Shown: positions 45,243 through 54,333 of the stretch, one piece after another
How positions within the stretch are numbered: position 1 is the first letter of the stretch
Layout: every line of letters starts with the position of its first letter
Assembly: GCA_039029735.1 (NCBI GenBank)
Contig: JBCCFL010000002.1
Span: forward strand, 104,684 to 168,683
Source of the DNA: Actinomycetota bacterium
GTDB taxonomy: Bacteria; Actinomycetota; Acidimicrobiia; Acidimicrobiales; SZUA-35
Length of the DNA: 64,000 bases
Reading direction: 5' to 3'
Program-made: the position numbers and the translations under genes
The notes under the pieces: generated by a model
Told to the model about the DNA's origin: nothing
The model's database searches: none
What the model saw: the letters and a program-made list of their open reading frames with translations, nothing else

Positions 45243-45644
45243 GTGACCGACGAGACGGGCCGGGAGGCGCTCGATCGGGTGCTGTTGTCGCTCTATCCCA
45301 CCGCGGAGATCGACGGCGTCACCGCAACGGCACGGTTCGAGCCCCAACCCGAGCACCGGGGCAACCCAGGCTGGCTCCAGGGAGGACTGGCAGCGGCCGT
45401 ACTCGACCACGTGTGCGCCCGGGCGGCTGCCGCTGCGCTCGACGCACGCGTGGTCACGGCCACGCTCGATCTGCGCTACCGACGTCCTGTGGCGATCGCG
45501 GATGGCCCCTACACCGTGCGCGCCGAGGCCGCCGCCAACCGCCCCCGAAGCCGAATGGTGCGGGTGGTCGGCGCAATCCTCGGCCCCGACACCGGCCATC
45601 TGGTGGAGGCCAAGGCCCTGTTCGTGGTCAGGCCTGGTGGGTGA
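45243..45644 (+). CDS. Hotdog-fold thioesterase (PaaI-like)
   Basis: 133 aa with a GTG start and the motif GNPGWLQGGLAAAVLDHVCA. Confidence 0.6.
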   Translation: MTDETGREALDRVLLSLYPTAEIDGVTATARFEPQPEHRGNPGWLQGGLAAAVLDHVCARAAAAALDARVVTATLDLRYRRPVAIADGPYTVRAEAAANRPRSRMVRVVGAILGPDTGHLVEAKALFVVRPGG

Positions 45645-45647
45645 CCC

Positions 45648-46928
45648 ATGACTGATGCCACCCAACCCAAGGCCGACAACGCGGGGTCGGTGCTGGCACC
45701 ACTCCGCCGCCCTCGGTTGCGGCGAATGGTGTTCGCCCAGTTCCTGGCCGAACTCGGTGACGGCATCTCGCTCGTCGCGCTTCCCCTGTACGTATGGGCC
45801 CGCACCGGCTCCGAGGTCTGGACGGCGCTGACGTTCGGAATCGAGCTGAGCCTCGGCGTCGTGTTCTCCATCGTCGGCGGTGTGCTGGCCGACGCCTTCG
45901 ACCGCCAGCGCGTACTGCTTGTGTCCTATGTCGTTCGAGGCACGCTGTTGGTCGGCGCCTTCGCCGTCGATCCGCTGCTCGCTGCGGTCACCCTGGGCGT
46001 GTCGGCCCGGGCCCTGGCCATGGTCGACAACCCATCGTTCGATGCCCTGATCCCCGGCCAGGCCGATGGCGACCTACAGCAGGTGGTGGCGCTCCGCAGG
46101 CTCATCCAGGCGGTCTCGATCACGATCGGGCCCGGCGTCGGTGCCTTGGCCGTGTGGCTCATCGGGCCGCGACCGTCGCTGTTGCTCAACGCGATCACGT
46201 TCCTGATCGCCTTCATCATCCTCGTCAGCGTGCGCCGCCTCGACGCAACCTACGCCGAACGTCGCCTGGCACGGGAGGGGTCGTCCTGGGGTGCCACGAT
46301 CAGCGAGCTCGTCGGCGGCATGGGGGTGACGCTGCGGACGCCGGGCGTGCGCCGGCTCGTGGCCTACCTCACGCTCGTGATGGCCACCGTTGGCCTCCTG
46401 ATGGCATCAGCAGTGGTGTACTACGAGAGCGAGCTCGACGCCGCCGACTACTGGTACGGCCTCGCCATCGCCGCATTCGGGGTGGGAAGCGCACTCGGGC
46501 TCGGCATCGCCGGCTCCCGCAATCTGCGGTGGCCGCTGCCCCGCATCATCGTGGTGGCCACGCCGCTCTACGCCGTGGCGTGTGCCATCGGTGGGGCCGT
46601 GGAGTGGCCGGCTGTGCTTGCCATCAGCTGGTTCATCTGGGGCTTGCTGCTCGGCCCTGAGGCCGTGGCGAGCGAAACGTTCTTCATCAGCCGCATCACT
46701 GAAGCGGAGCGAGGCCGGGCCTTTGCCGGCCTCGGCCTCGCCAACTCGCTCGGGATGGCGATCGGATCGCTGTCGGCGGCGCCTCTGCTCGGGGCCTTCA
46801 CGGCCCGCACCGTGATCCTCGGCACGGGGGTGGTGGTGTTCTCGGCGATCCTGATCTGGATCCGGCCCGCCCTCGAAGGGGCGCGCTGGCCCGGCACCGA
46901 ACCGGTGATCGCTATCGACGACGCATGA
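45648..46928 (+). CDS. MFS transporter (EntS/DUF894-like)
   Basis: 426 aa with about 12 TM segments. The N-terminus is typical ([21 protein letters not shown]). Confidence 0.8.
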   Translation: MTDATQPKADNAGSVLAPLRRPRLRRMVFAQFLAELGDGISLVALPLYVWARTGSEVWTALTFGIELSLGVVFSIVGGVLADAFDRQRVLLVSYVVRGTLLVGAFAVDPLLAAVTLGVSARALAMVDNPSFDALIPGQADGDLQQVVALRRLIQAVSITIGPGVGALAVWLIGPRPSLLLNAITFLIAFIILVSVRRLDATYAERRLAREGSSWGATISELVGGMGVTLRTPGVRRLVAYLTLVMATVGLLMASAVVYYESELDAADYWYGLAIAAFGVGSALGLGIAGSRNLRWPLPRIIVVATPLYAVACAIGGAVEWPAVLAISWFIWGLLLGPEAVASETFFISRITEAERGRAFAGLGLANSLGMAIGSLSAAPLLGAFTARTVILGTGVVVFSAILIWIRPALEGARWPGTEPVIAIDDA

Positions 46929-47322
46929 CGAGCACCGGGATCGTGCGATCGGTCTTGGCCGCGTACTCGGTGAACTGGGGCATGACTGCGGCCTGTGTGT
47001 CGTAGAGCCGGTCGCGCTCGGCCCCCTCGGCCTCGATGGCCGTCACGTCGATCGTGTCGGCTCCCACCTCGATCGTGGTCGCGGGGTTCGCCTTGAGGTT
47101 GTGGTACCAGGCGGGATTGTCGGGGGCGCCGGCCTTGGAGGCGAAGATCACCCAGTCGTCGCCGTCGCCGAGGTAGACGAGCGGCGTCACCCGCTCGGTG
47201 CCGCTCTTGGCTCCGGTGTGGTGCACGAGGATCATGGGCGCACCCTCGAAGTTGCCGCCGACCTTGCCGCCGTTGGCGCGGAACTCCTCGATCACCTGTT
47301 TGTTGAACTCGTTCATGTCCAC
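46912..47322 (-). CDS. Deazaflavin (F420)-dependent nitroreductase family protein (Ddn-like)
   Basis: 136 aa with [18 protein letters not shown]...[17 protein letters not shown]...[13 protein letters not shown]. Its 3' end overlaps the convergent MFS gene by 17 nt. Confidence 0.85.
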   Translation of the reverse strand: MDMNEFNKQVIEEFRANGGKVGGNFEGAPMILVHHTGAKSGTERVTPLVYLGDGDDWVIFASKAGAPDNPAWYHNLKANPATTIEVGADTIDVTAIEAEGAERDRLYDTQAAVMPQFTEYAAKTDRTIPVLVMRRR

Positions 47323-47412
47323 GGTGGTGGCCTCCTCGGATGTCGTGACGTCGTCTCGCCAGCAACCCTATTGGGGCGTACGGCATGCCCATCGCCGCTA
47401 GGTTCTGTGCCC

Positions 47413-49125
47413 ATGTCCGAGCACAGCAACGGAACGGCCGTCCAGATCAACAAGTGGTCGTCGCGGATCACGCAGCCTCCGAGCCAGGGCGCATCCCAGG
47501 CGATGCTGTACGGCGCCGGCCTCACCAAGGACGACATGTCCAAGGCGCAGGTGGGCATTGCCGCGATGTGGTACGAGGGCAACACGTGCAACATGCACCT
47601 CGACGAGCTCGGCAATCACGTGAAGCGTGGCGTGACCGATGCCGGCATGGTTGGCATGCGCTTCCATACGGTCGGGGTGTCCGACGGCATGTCGATGGGG
47701 ACCGACGGCATGAGCTTCTCGCTCCAGAGCCGCGACCTCATCGCCGACTCGATCGAGACTGTGGTCGGAGCCCAGTGGTACGACGCAGTGGTGACCATCC
47801 CGGGATGCGACAAGAACATGCCCGGCTGCGCCATGGCCATGGGCCGCCTCGATCGCCCGGCGATCATGGTCTACGGCGGCACGATCGCTCCTGGCCGGGC
47901 CATGGTGAGCGGCAAGGAGGAGAAGCTCGACGTCGTCTCCGCCTTCCAGAGCTACGGCCAAGCCCTGGCCGGCACGATCACCGAAGAGGATCGCCAGGCC
48001 ATCGTCGACCACGCCATTCCCGGCGCCGGGGCCTGCGGCGGCATGTACACCGCCAACACGATGGCGGCCGCCATCGAGGTGATGGGCCTGTCACTGCCGT
48101 ACTCGTCGTCAACCCCAGCGCTCGACAAGGCCAAGGTCGACGAGTGCATCGACGTTGGCACGGCGATCCGTCAGCTCCTGGAGAACGAGCTCACCCCGCG
48201 CAAGATCGTCACCCGCCAGTCGCTCGAGAACGCGATGGTCGTGACGATGGCTCTCGGCGGTTCCACCAACGCCGTGCTTCACCTCATCGCCATCGCCCGC
48301 AGCTTCGAGCTCGATCTCACGATCGACGACTGGCTCGCAGTGGCGAACCGTGTGCCGTTGCTCGCGGATCTGAAGCCCTCCGGCCAGTACGTGATGGAGG
48401 AGTTGCACGAGGTGGGCGGCGTGCCCGGCGTGATGAAGTACCTCCTGGATCAGGAGTTCCTCGACGGTGATCAGATGACCGTGACCGGTCGCACGATCGC
48501 CCAGAACCTCGATGCCGCCCCGAGCCTCCACGAGGGCCAGCCGGTGGTGGCCACGATCGACAACTCGGTCAAGGCGCGTGGCCACATCTCGATCCTGCGC
48601 GGCAACCTCGCCCCCGGCGGCGCCGTCGGCAAGATCACCGGTAAGCAGGGCCTCCGCTTCGAGGGCCCGGCCCGCGTGTTCGACTCCGAGGAGGACATGC
48701 TCGCCGGTCTCGAGCAGGGCCAGATCACCTCGGGCGACGTGATCGTGATCCGCTACGAGGGCCCCACCGGTGGTCCCGGCATGCCGGAGATGCTCACCCC
48801 GACCTCGGCCCTGGCCGGCGCTGGCTTCCTCGACGACGTGGCGCTCATCACCGACGGCCGCTTCTCCGGCGGCAGCCACGGTTTCATCATCGGCCACGTC
48901 GTGCCTGAGGCACAGGAGGGAGGCCCGATCGCCCTGGTCGAGAACGGCGACGTGATCACGATCGACGACGAGACCCACGTGATCTCCATGGCCGTCTCAG
49001 ACGAGGAGTTGGCCCGGCGCCAGTCGGCCTGGACCAAGCCCCCCTACAAAGCCACCGCCGGCACGCTGTGGAAGTACATCAAGGTGGTCGAAGACGCGAG
49101 CCACGGCTGCGTCACCGACGGCTGA
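47413..49125 (+). CDS. ilvD: Dihydroxy-acid dehydratase
   Basis: I chose the ATG at 47413 (MSEHSNG...). It has the motifs [26 protein letters not shown] and [14 protein letters not shown]. Confidence 0.95.
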   Translation: MSEHSNGTAVQINKWSSRITQPPSQGASQAMLYGAGLTKDDMSKAQVGIAAMWYEGNTCNMHLDELGNHVKRGVTDAGMVGMRFHTVGVSDGMSMGTDGMSFSLQSRDLIADSIETVVGAQWYDAVVTIPGCDKNMPGCAMAMGRLDRPAIMVYGGTIAPGRAMVSGKEEKLDVVSAFQSYGQALAGTITEEDRQAIVDHAIPGAGACGGMYTANTMAAAIEVMGLSLPYSSSTPALDKAKVDECIDVGTAIRQLLENELTPRKIVTRQSLENAMVVTMALGGSTNAVLHLIAIARSFELDLTIDDWLAVANRVPLLADLKPSGQYVMEELHEVGGVPGVMKYLLDQEFLDGDQMTVTGRTIAQNLDAAPSLHEGQPVVATIDNSVKARGHISILRGNLAPGGAVGKITGKQGLRFEGPARVFDSEEDMLAGLEQGQITSGDVIVIRYEGPTGGPGMPEMLTPTSALAGAGFLDDVALITDGRFSGGSHGFIIGHVVPEAQEGGPIALVENGDVITIDDETHVISMAVSDEELARRQSAWTKPPYKATAGTLWKYIKVVEDASHGCVTDG

Positions 49126-49197
49126 CGGCAGCGCGCGCACCGGGCGCGGCCACGAGTTGATCGAGGCACCCGAGCTGGGATCTGGCATGCTCGGCCG

Positions 49198-51075
49198 ATG
49201 ACTGTTGCCAGCCCAGACGCCGAGGCGGCGGTGGACTCGTTCAGCTGGGGCCGCGTCGTTCGTCTCTTCACGCCCCATCGGGCGCGACTCACCCTCGTCA
49301 TTGCGCTCGTGCTCGCGGTGGCCGCCGTCGGGGTGGTCAACCCGCTCCTGATCCGCGTTGTGTTCGATCAGGGGCTGTTCCCCTCCGATGGTGGGGCCAC
49401 CGACTTCGGCTTGGTGGTCACGCTCGCCGCTGTGATGCTCGGCGTCACCTTCGCCAGCGGCGCGCTCGGGGTGTGGCGCACCATTGCCACGAACCGTCTC
49501 GGCCAAGACGTGCTGCGTGATCTGCGCGACCGGCTCTACGGCCACCTGCAGAAGCTGTCGCTCTCGTTCTACGCCGGGGCGCGCACCGGCGACCTCCAGT
49601 CGCGCATCACCAGCGACGTCGGCGGGATCCAGAACGCAGTGACCAGCACCGTGTCGAACATCTTGTCGAATGCGGTCACCTTCGCAAGCGCGCTCGTTGC
49701 GATGCTGTTTCTCTCGGTGCCACTCACCGGTCTCGCCCTTCTCACCGTGCCGCTGTTCGTGGTGGCCACGCGCTGGGTGGGGTCGAGGCGGGAGCGGTAC
49801 ACGGCACAGACCCAGGCCGCCACAGCCGAGATGACCGTCGTCACCCAGGAGACGCTGTCGGTGTCGGGCATCACGCTCGCGCGGTTGTTCGGGCGTCAGG
49901 ACCGCGAGGTGGAGCGGTTCCAGGCGGCGAACCGGCGCCTGGCTGAGGCGGCAACGGCGCAGCAGGTGATCGGTCAGGCGTTCTTCACCGTGATCCAGGC
50001 CTTCATGGGGGCCACGCCGGTGCTGATCTACCTCGTGGCCGGTTGGCTGCTCGACCGAGGGAGCGGGCTCACCGCGGGCACGATCGTGGCGTTCACCACC
50101 CTCCAGGGTCAGTTGTTCTTCCCGGTGGCCCGGCTGCTGGAGACCACCGTGGAACTGCAGTCCAGCCGGGCGCTCTTCCGGCGGATCTTCGAGTACATCG
50201 ACACCGAGCCCGACATCACCGAAGCCGATGATCCGGTGGAACTCACCCGGGATCGGGCCCAGGGGGTGGTTGGCTTCGACGACGTGCACTTCGCCTACGA
50301 GGCCGCCGAGGCCGAGGTGCTGGCCGGCGTCGACTTCGAGGCTCGACCCGGCCAACTGGTGGCCTTCGTCGGCCCGTCAGGGTCGGGGAAGTCCACGGTG
50401 CTGAACCTGGCAGCTCGGCTGTACGACCCCGCCAGCGGTCGGGTCACCGTGGACGGGGTGGACCTGCGGGATCTGTCGTTCCCGTCGGTCGCCGACCTCA
50501 TGGGGTTCGTGACCCAGGAGAGCTACCTGTTCGCTGGTTCGTTGCGCGACAACATCAGCTATGCCCGGCCCGGCGCCACCGACGCCGAGATCGAGAAGGC
50601 GGCTCGGGCGGCGGCCATTCACGACCGAATCGTCGAGCTCGAGGATGGCTACGACACCTTGGTGGGTGAGCGCGGCTTCCGGTTGTCGGGCGGTGAGCGG
50701 CAGCGGATCGCCATCGCACGTGTGCTGCTGCACGAGCCCCGCATCCTGATCCTCGACGAGGCGACCTCAGCCCTCGACACCGCATCGGAACGGCGGATCC
50801 AGTCGGCGCTGGGAGAGCTGGTGAGTGGCCGTACCACCTTGGCCGTGGCCCACCGCCTGTCCACGATCCAGGCCGCCGATGTGATCCACGTGTTCGGGCG
50901 GGGCCGCATTGTCGAGTCCGGCACGCACGACGAGCTGCTGGCGGCAGGCGGCGCCTACGCCGATCTCTACCGTGAACAGTTCGGCGGCGGCGAGATCGAA
51001 ACCACCTGTGCCGACGGCGTGGTGTATCGCGACGGGCGCTGCCAGTACTTCGCCGTCGGTGCCGGCGCTGGGTAG
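49198..51075 (+). CDS. ABC exporter, fused permease/ATPase (MsbA/multidrug-type)
   Basis: 625 aa with a 6-TM domain followed by Walker A GPSGSGKST, signature LSGGERQRIAIAR and Walker B ILILDEATSALD. Confidence 0.9.
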   Translation: MTVASPDAEAAVDSFSWGRVVRLFTPHRARLTLVIALVLAVAAVGVVNPLLIRVVFDQGLFPSDGGATDFGLVVTLAAVMLGVTFASGALGVWRTIATNRLGQDVLRDLRDRLYGHLQKLSLSFYAGARTGDLQSRITSDVGGIQNAVTSTVSNILSNAVTFASALVAMLFLSVPLTGLALLTVPLFVVATRWVGSRRERYTAQTQAATAEMTVVTQETLSVSGITLARLFGRQDREVERFQAANRRLAEAATAQQVIGQAFFTVIQAFMGATPVLIYLVAGWLLDRGSGLTAGTIVAFTTLQGQLFFPVARLLETTVELQSSRALFRRIFEYIDTEPDITEADDPVELTRDRAQGVVGFDDVHFAYEAAEAEVLAGVDFEARPGQLVAFVGPSGSGKSTVLNLAARLYDPASGRVTVDGVDLRDLSFPSVADLMGFVTQESYLFAGSLRDNISYARPGATDAEIEKAARAAAIHDRIVELEDGYDTLVGERGFRLSGGERQRIAIARVLLHEPRILILDEATSALDTASERRIQSALGELVSGRTTLAVAHRLSTIQAADVIHVFGRGRIVESGTHDELLAAGGAYADLYREQFGGGEIETTCADGVVYRDGRCQYFAVGAGAG

Positions 51076-51158
51076 GGGTGCCAGACGCCGGCGCCATGTG
51101 ACCGGCCAGTGACCAGGGACTACAGTCGCTCCCCGACGCGAGCAGGGGAGATGTCGCC

Positions 51159-52883
51159 ATGGGCACGAACTGGATCATCGAGGGTGAGGTCGATGAGCGG
51201 TGGCCGATCTACACCCGGGGCAACGTCGGCGAGGTGTTCCCCGAGGTGGTCACCCCGTTCAGCTACTTCCATGGTGTGGTGCCGGCCGAGCGGGCCTGGC
51301 GCGACACCTACACCAAGCTCGGCATCGCCACCCCCGACGACTTCTCCGGCGACGACCCGGTGATCCTCGGCCTGTTCGCGGGCTACACGTACCTGAACCT
51401 TTCGTATCTTCGGATGATGGGCGTGCGCGCCCCCGGGTCGTCGGCCGAGGCGATCGACACGACGTTCTTCGGTGAGGGCGATCCGCCCCCCTACGTACCC
51501 CGCAAGGGCGACAAGAGCATCCGGTCCAGTATCAAGATCCTCCGTACCGTGATGAAGGCCCTCGACCAGAAGGGCCTGCCCGACGCGGCCAAGGACAGCT
51601 TCGGTCGGGCGGCGGCTCAGGAGGCGGCGCGTCCGTCGCTGGACGCGTCGGACGAGGAGCTGTTCGCCTTCATGGATCAGTTCCGGTCGGAGTTCGAGGG
51701 CGTGTTCGGCAACCACATGGAGACCACGGCGCTCGCCGCCATCGTGTCGGGTGTGTTGGCCGACGCCGCCACGGCGGCAGGGGAACCTGGATTGGTCACC
51801 CACCTGATCGGTTCGGCCGGTGAGGTCCACTCTGCCCAGTACGCCAATGCCCTCTACGCCATTTCCCGCACGGTGGCCGACAACGATGCGCTGGTTGCTG
51901 CCTTCGACGGCGGGGTGAACGGGCTGCTCCATCGGTTGCGGCCCATGCCCGAAGCCGAGCAGTTCCTCGGCGAGTTCGACGCCTTCATCGCCGAGCACGG
52001 CCAGCGTGGCCCGAACGACTGGGAGTTGTCGGCCCGAACGTGGGACAACACACCCGAACTGGCGCTGGCCGCGATCGACTCGATGCGCCGGGCCGACCAC
52101 GACCTCTCACCCGGTCAGCGCCTGGCCGACGACGCACAGCGCCGGGCCGACGCGATCGCCAAGGTGCGCCCCCACCTGGGGTTCATGGACAAGCGCAACT
52201 TCGACAAGGCCATCGAATCGGTCGGTGCGTGGAGCCAAGGCCGCGAAGCCACCCGCGACCGGGCGGTCCGGTTCACGATGCCGATGAAGCAGGTGTTCCG
52301 CGAGCTGGTGCGACGGGCCGCCGAGCGAGGCGGCGAACCCGACCCGGTGAAGGTCGCGCTGCTCGATCCAGTCGACGAGCTGCCGGCCTACGTGGCCGAT
52401 CCTGCCTCGATGATGGATGTGATCGCGGAGCGGGGTGCGCTGTTCGACCGGTACTCGGCCATCGAGCCACCCTTCTTCGTCACCGAGCAGGCCGACGTGC
52501 CGACGCTCGAGGAGATGGAGGCCACGAAGGCCGAGGCGGCGGGGGCCGCTGAGGTCGGGGCGGTGCTCACCGGCAGTGCGGGTTGCCAAGGCGTGGCGCG
52601 GGGCACCGCCCGCGTGGTGCTCGACCCGGCCGATGGATCTGACCTCGAACCGGGCGAGATCCTGGTGGCCCCTCTCACCGACCCGTCGTGGACGCCTCTG
52701 TTCCTGCCAGCCTCGGCCGTGGTGGTGAATGTCGGGGCGCTCATGAGCCATGCGGTGATCGTGGCCCGAGAGCTGGGCATCCCCTGTGTGGTTGCCGTCG
52801 ACGGCGCCACCGAGCGCATCGAGACCGGGATGGAGATCGAGGTCGACGGCACCGCTGGCACCGTGACCGTGGTGGCCGCCTGA
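51159..52883 (+). CDS. PEP-utilizing-enzyme family protein (central domain plus C-terminal phosphohistidine swivel domain; no ATP-grasp region recognisable at the N-terminus)
   Basis: The C-terminus reads GVARGTARVV...GEILVAPLTDPSWTPLF...VGALMSHAVIVARELGIPCVV. The N-terminal WPIYTRGNVGEVFPEVVTPFS motif resembles PEP synthase-like or rifampicin-phosphotransferase-like proteins. Confidence 0.75.
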   Translation: MGTNWIIEGEVDERWPIYTRGNVGEVFPEVVTPFSYFHGVVPAERAWRDTYTKLGIATPDDFSGDDPVILGLFAGYTYLNLSYLRMMGVRAPGSSAEAIDTTFFGEGDPPPYVPRKGDKSIRSSIKILRTVMKALDQKGLPDAAKDSFGRAAAQEAARPSLDASDEELFAFMDQFRSEFEGVFGNHMETTALAAIVSGVLADAATAAGEPGLVTHLIGSAGEVHSAQYANALYAISRTVADNDALVAAFDGGVNGLLHRLRPMPEAEQFLGEFDAFIAEHGQRGPNDWELSARTWDNTPELALAAIDSMRRADHDLSPGQRLADDAQRRADAIAKVRPHLGFMDKRNFDKAIESVGAWSQGREATRDRAVRFTMPMKQVFRELVRRAAERGGEPDPVKVALLDPVDELPAYVADPASMMDVIAERGALFDRYSAIEPPFFVTEQADVPTLEEMEATKAEAAGAAEVGAVLTGSAGCQGVARGTARVVLDPADGSDLEPGEILVAPLTDPSWTPLFLPASAVVVNVGALMSHAVIVARELGIPCVVAVDGATERIETGMEIEVDGTAGTVTVVAA

Positions 52884-52951
52884 TCAGCAGGCCGCCCGAG
52901 GTCACAAATCCGATTTGATCTGGAGGTGCCCGCGCGCCGATAGCTCCAGGC

Positions 52952-53521
52952 ATGAGCTTCGCCGAACCGATCTGTCCGGACTGTCCTGCCCCTCTGGTTC
53001 TCACCCACACCGGCACCCTCGACAGCTGGGTGTGCCCGACGGGCCACGGCCTCGGTCTGACGCTCACCGAATCGTACGAGCAGCTCCAGGAGGACGAGAT
53101 CCGCGAGCTGTGGCAGCTGGTGCGGCATCCGGCGGCCACCGAGGCGAACCGCGCGTGTCCGATGTGTCGGAGAGCGATGCGCCTCGTCGACGCCGAGTAC
53201 GACAGCGACGAAGCGCTGGCCGGAGAGGCCGGTGACGGCCCGGCCGAAGGGTCGGTCGAGCTCGACGTGTGTGAGCCGTGCCAGGTGCTGTGGTTCGAAC
53301 AGGGCGAGTTGGAGGCCTTCCCGGAGGATCTCCCCGACCCGGAGCCGACCGGGGAGGAACTGCAGGCCCTGGCCACGATCCGCGAGACGTTCGGCCAGTC
53401 ACTGGTCGACGCCTACGAGGCTCGGGAGGCGTCGAAGGTCTCCGAGCAGATCTATCGTCGTTTCCTGCGACGGAGCCGGGTGCTCCATTCGGCCACCGGC
53501 TGGATGACCTCTTCTCGCTAG
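52952..53521 (+). CDS. Zinc-ribbon (zf-TFIIB-like) domain protein
   Basis: Cys pairs are CPDC...CPTGH and CPMC...CEPC. They are followed by VLWFEQGELEAF, the typical tail of the TFIIB-type zinc-finger domain. Confidence 0.65.
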   Translation: MSFAEPICPDCPAPLVLTHTGTLDSWVCPTGHGLGLTLTESYEQLQEDEIRELWQLVRHPAATEANRACPMCRRAMRLVDAEYDSDEALAGEAGDGPAEGSVELDVCEPCQVLWFEQGELEAFPEDLPDPEPTGEELQALATIRETFGQSLVDAYEAREASKVSEQIYRRFLRRSRVLHSATGWMTSSR

Positions 53522-54333
53522 CCGGCTGCAGCGTTCGGCGGATCGAATCTGGTGCCCGTGAGGGCGAGCCGGATCATGCGCCGGGGAGCGTTGTTCAGCA
53601 CGTGGTACGGGAGGTACCGCTTGGCCGGCCGAACGTAGGGCTGCCTGGCATCGACCGCCCGCACCACCTTCCGGGCCACCTTCTCCGGCGAGAGCTTCGG
53701 GAGATACCCGAGCGTCTTGAACCGGCGCATGGCGGGAGCCACGTAGCTCGCGTCCTCGGATTGGAGGCGACCCCACATGTCGGTGTCGACTGGGCCGGGG
53801 GCCACCACGGTGAGGCCGACGCCGGTGCCGTCGAGTTCGATGCGCAGCGTTTCGGTGAAGTTCGTCAGCCCCGCCTTCGTGCCGCAGTAGGCCGCCAACC
53901 CCGGCCACGACAGCGTGCCCGCCACCGAACTCATGTTGACGATCTGGCCCGACCCGCGGGGCAGCATGTGGTCGAGCACCGCCCGGGTGAGCAGCAGAGG
54001 GGCCTCGAAGTTGAGCCGGGCCACGTTGCGAATCGTGGCGGGATCCACCTCGGCGAAGGCGTCGATCGTCTCGATGCCCGCGTTGTTCACCCAGATGTCG
54101 ATGTGGTCGAGTTCGGCCAGACAGCGCGCCACCAGGGAGTCGACGCTGTCGGCGTCGAGGAGGTCGGCCACCAGGTATCGGCCCCCGGTGCGTTCGGCCA
54201 CCGCGGCGAGCTTGTCTTCGGAGCGGGCCACCAGCAGCACCGACGCTCCGGCCGCGGCGAACTCGTCGGCCATCGCCGCGCCGATGCCCTGCGAGCCCCC
54301 GGTGATCACCACCGTCTTGTTCGTGAGCGTCAT
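53518..54333 (-). CDS. SDR family oxidoreductase
   Basis: I chose the ATG at 54333 (MTLTNKTVVITGGSQGIGAA...). It has NNAG and the catalytic YCGTK. There is an ATGA overlap with the upstream PPDK-like gene. Confidence 0.9.
   Translation of the reverse strand: MTLTNKTVVITGGSQGIGAAMADEFAAAGASVLLVARSEDKLAAVAERTGGRYLVADLLDADSVDSLVARCLAELDHIDIWVNNAGIETIDAFAEVDPATIRNVARLNFEAPLLLTRAVLDHMLPRGSGQIVNMSSVAGTLSWPGLAAYCGTKAGLTNFTETLRIELDGTGVGLTVVAPGPVDTDMWGRLQSEDASYVAPAMRRFKTLGYLPKLSPEKVARKVVRAVDARQPYVRPAKRYLPYHVLNNAPRRMIRLALTGTRFDPPNAAAG

Noticed and set aside
48997-50355. 452-aa minus-strand ORF opposite the end of ilvD and the ABC exporter gene.
   Set aside because: It is a shadow ORF. The plus strand has clear IlvD and ABC exporter motifs.
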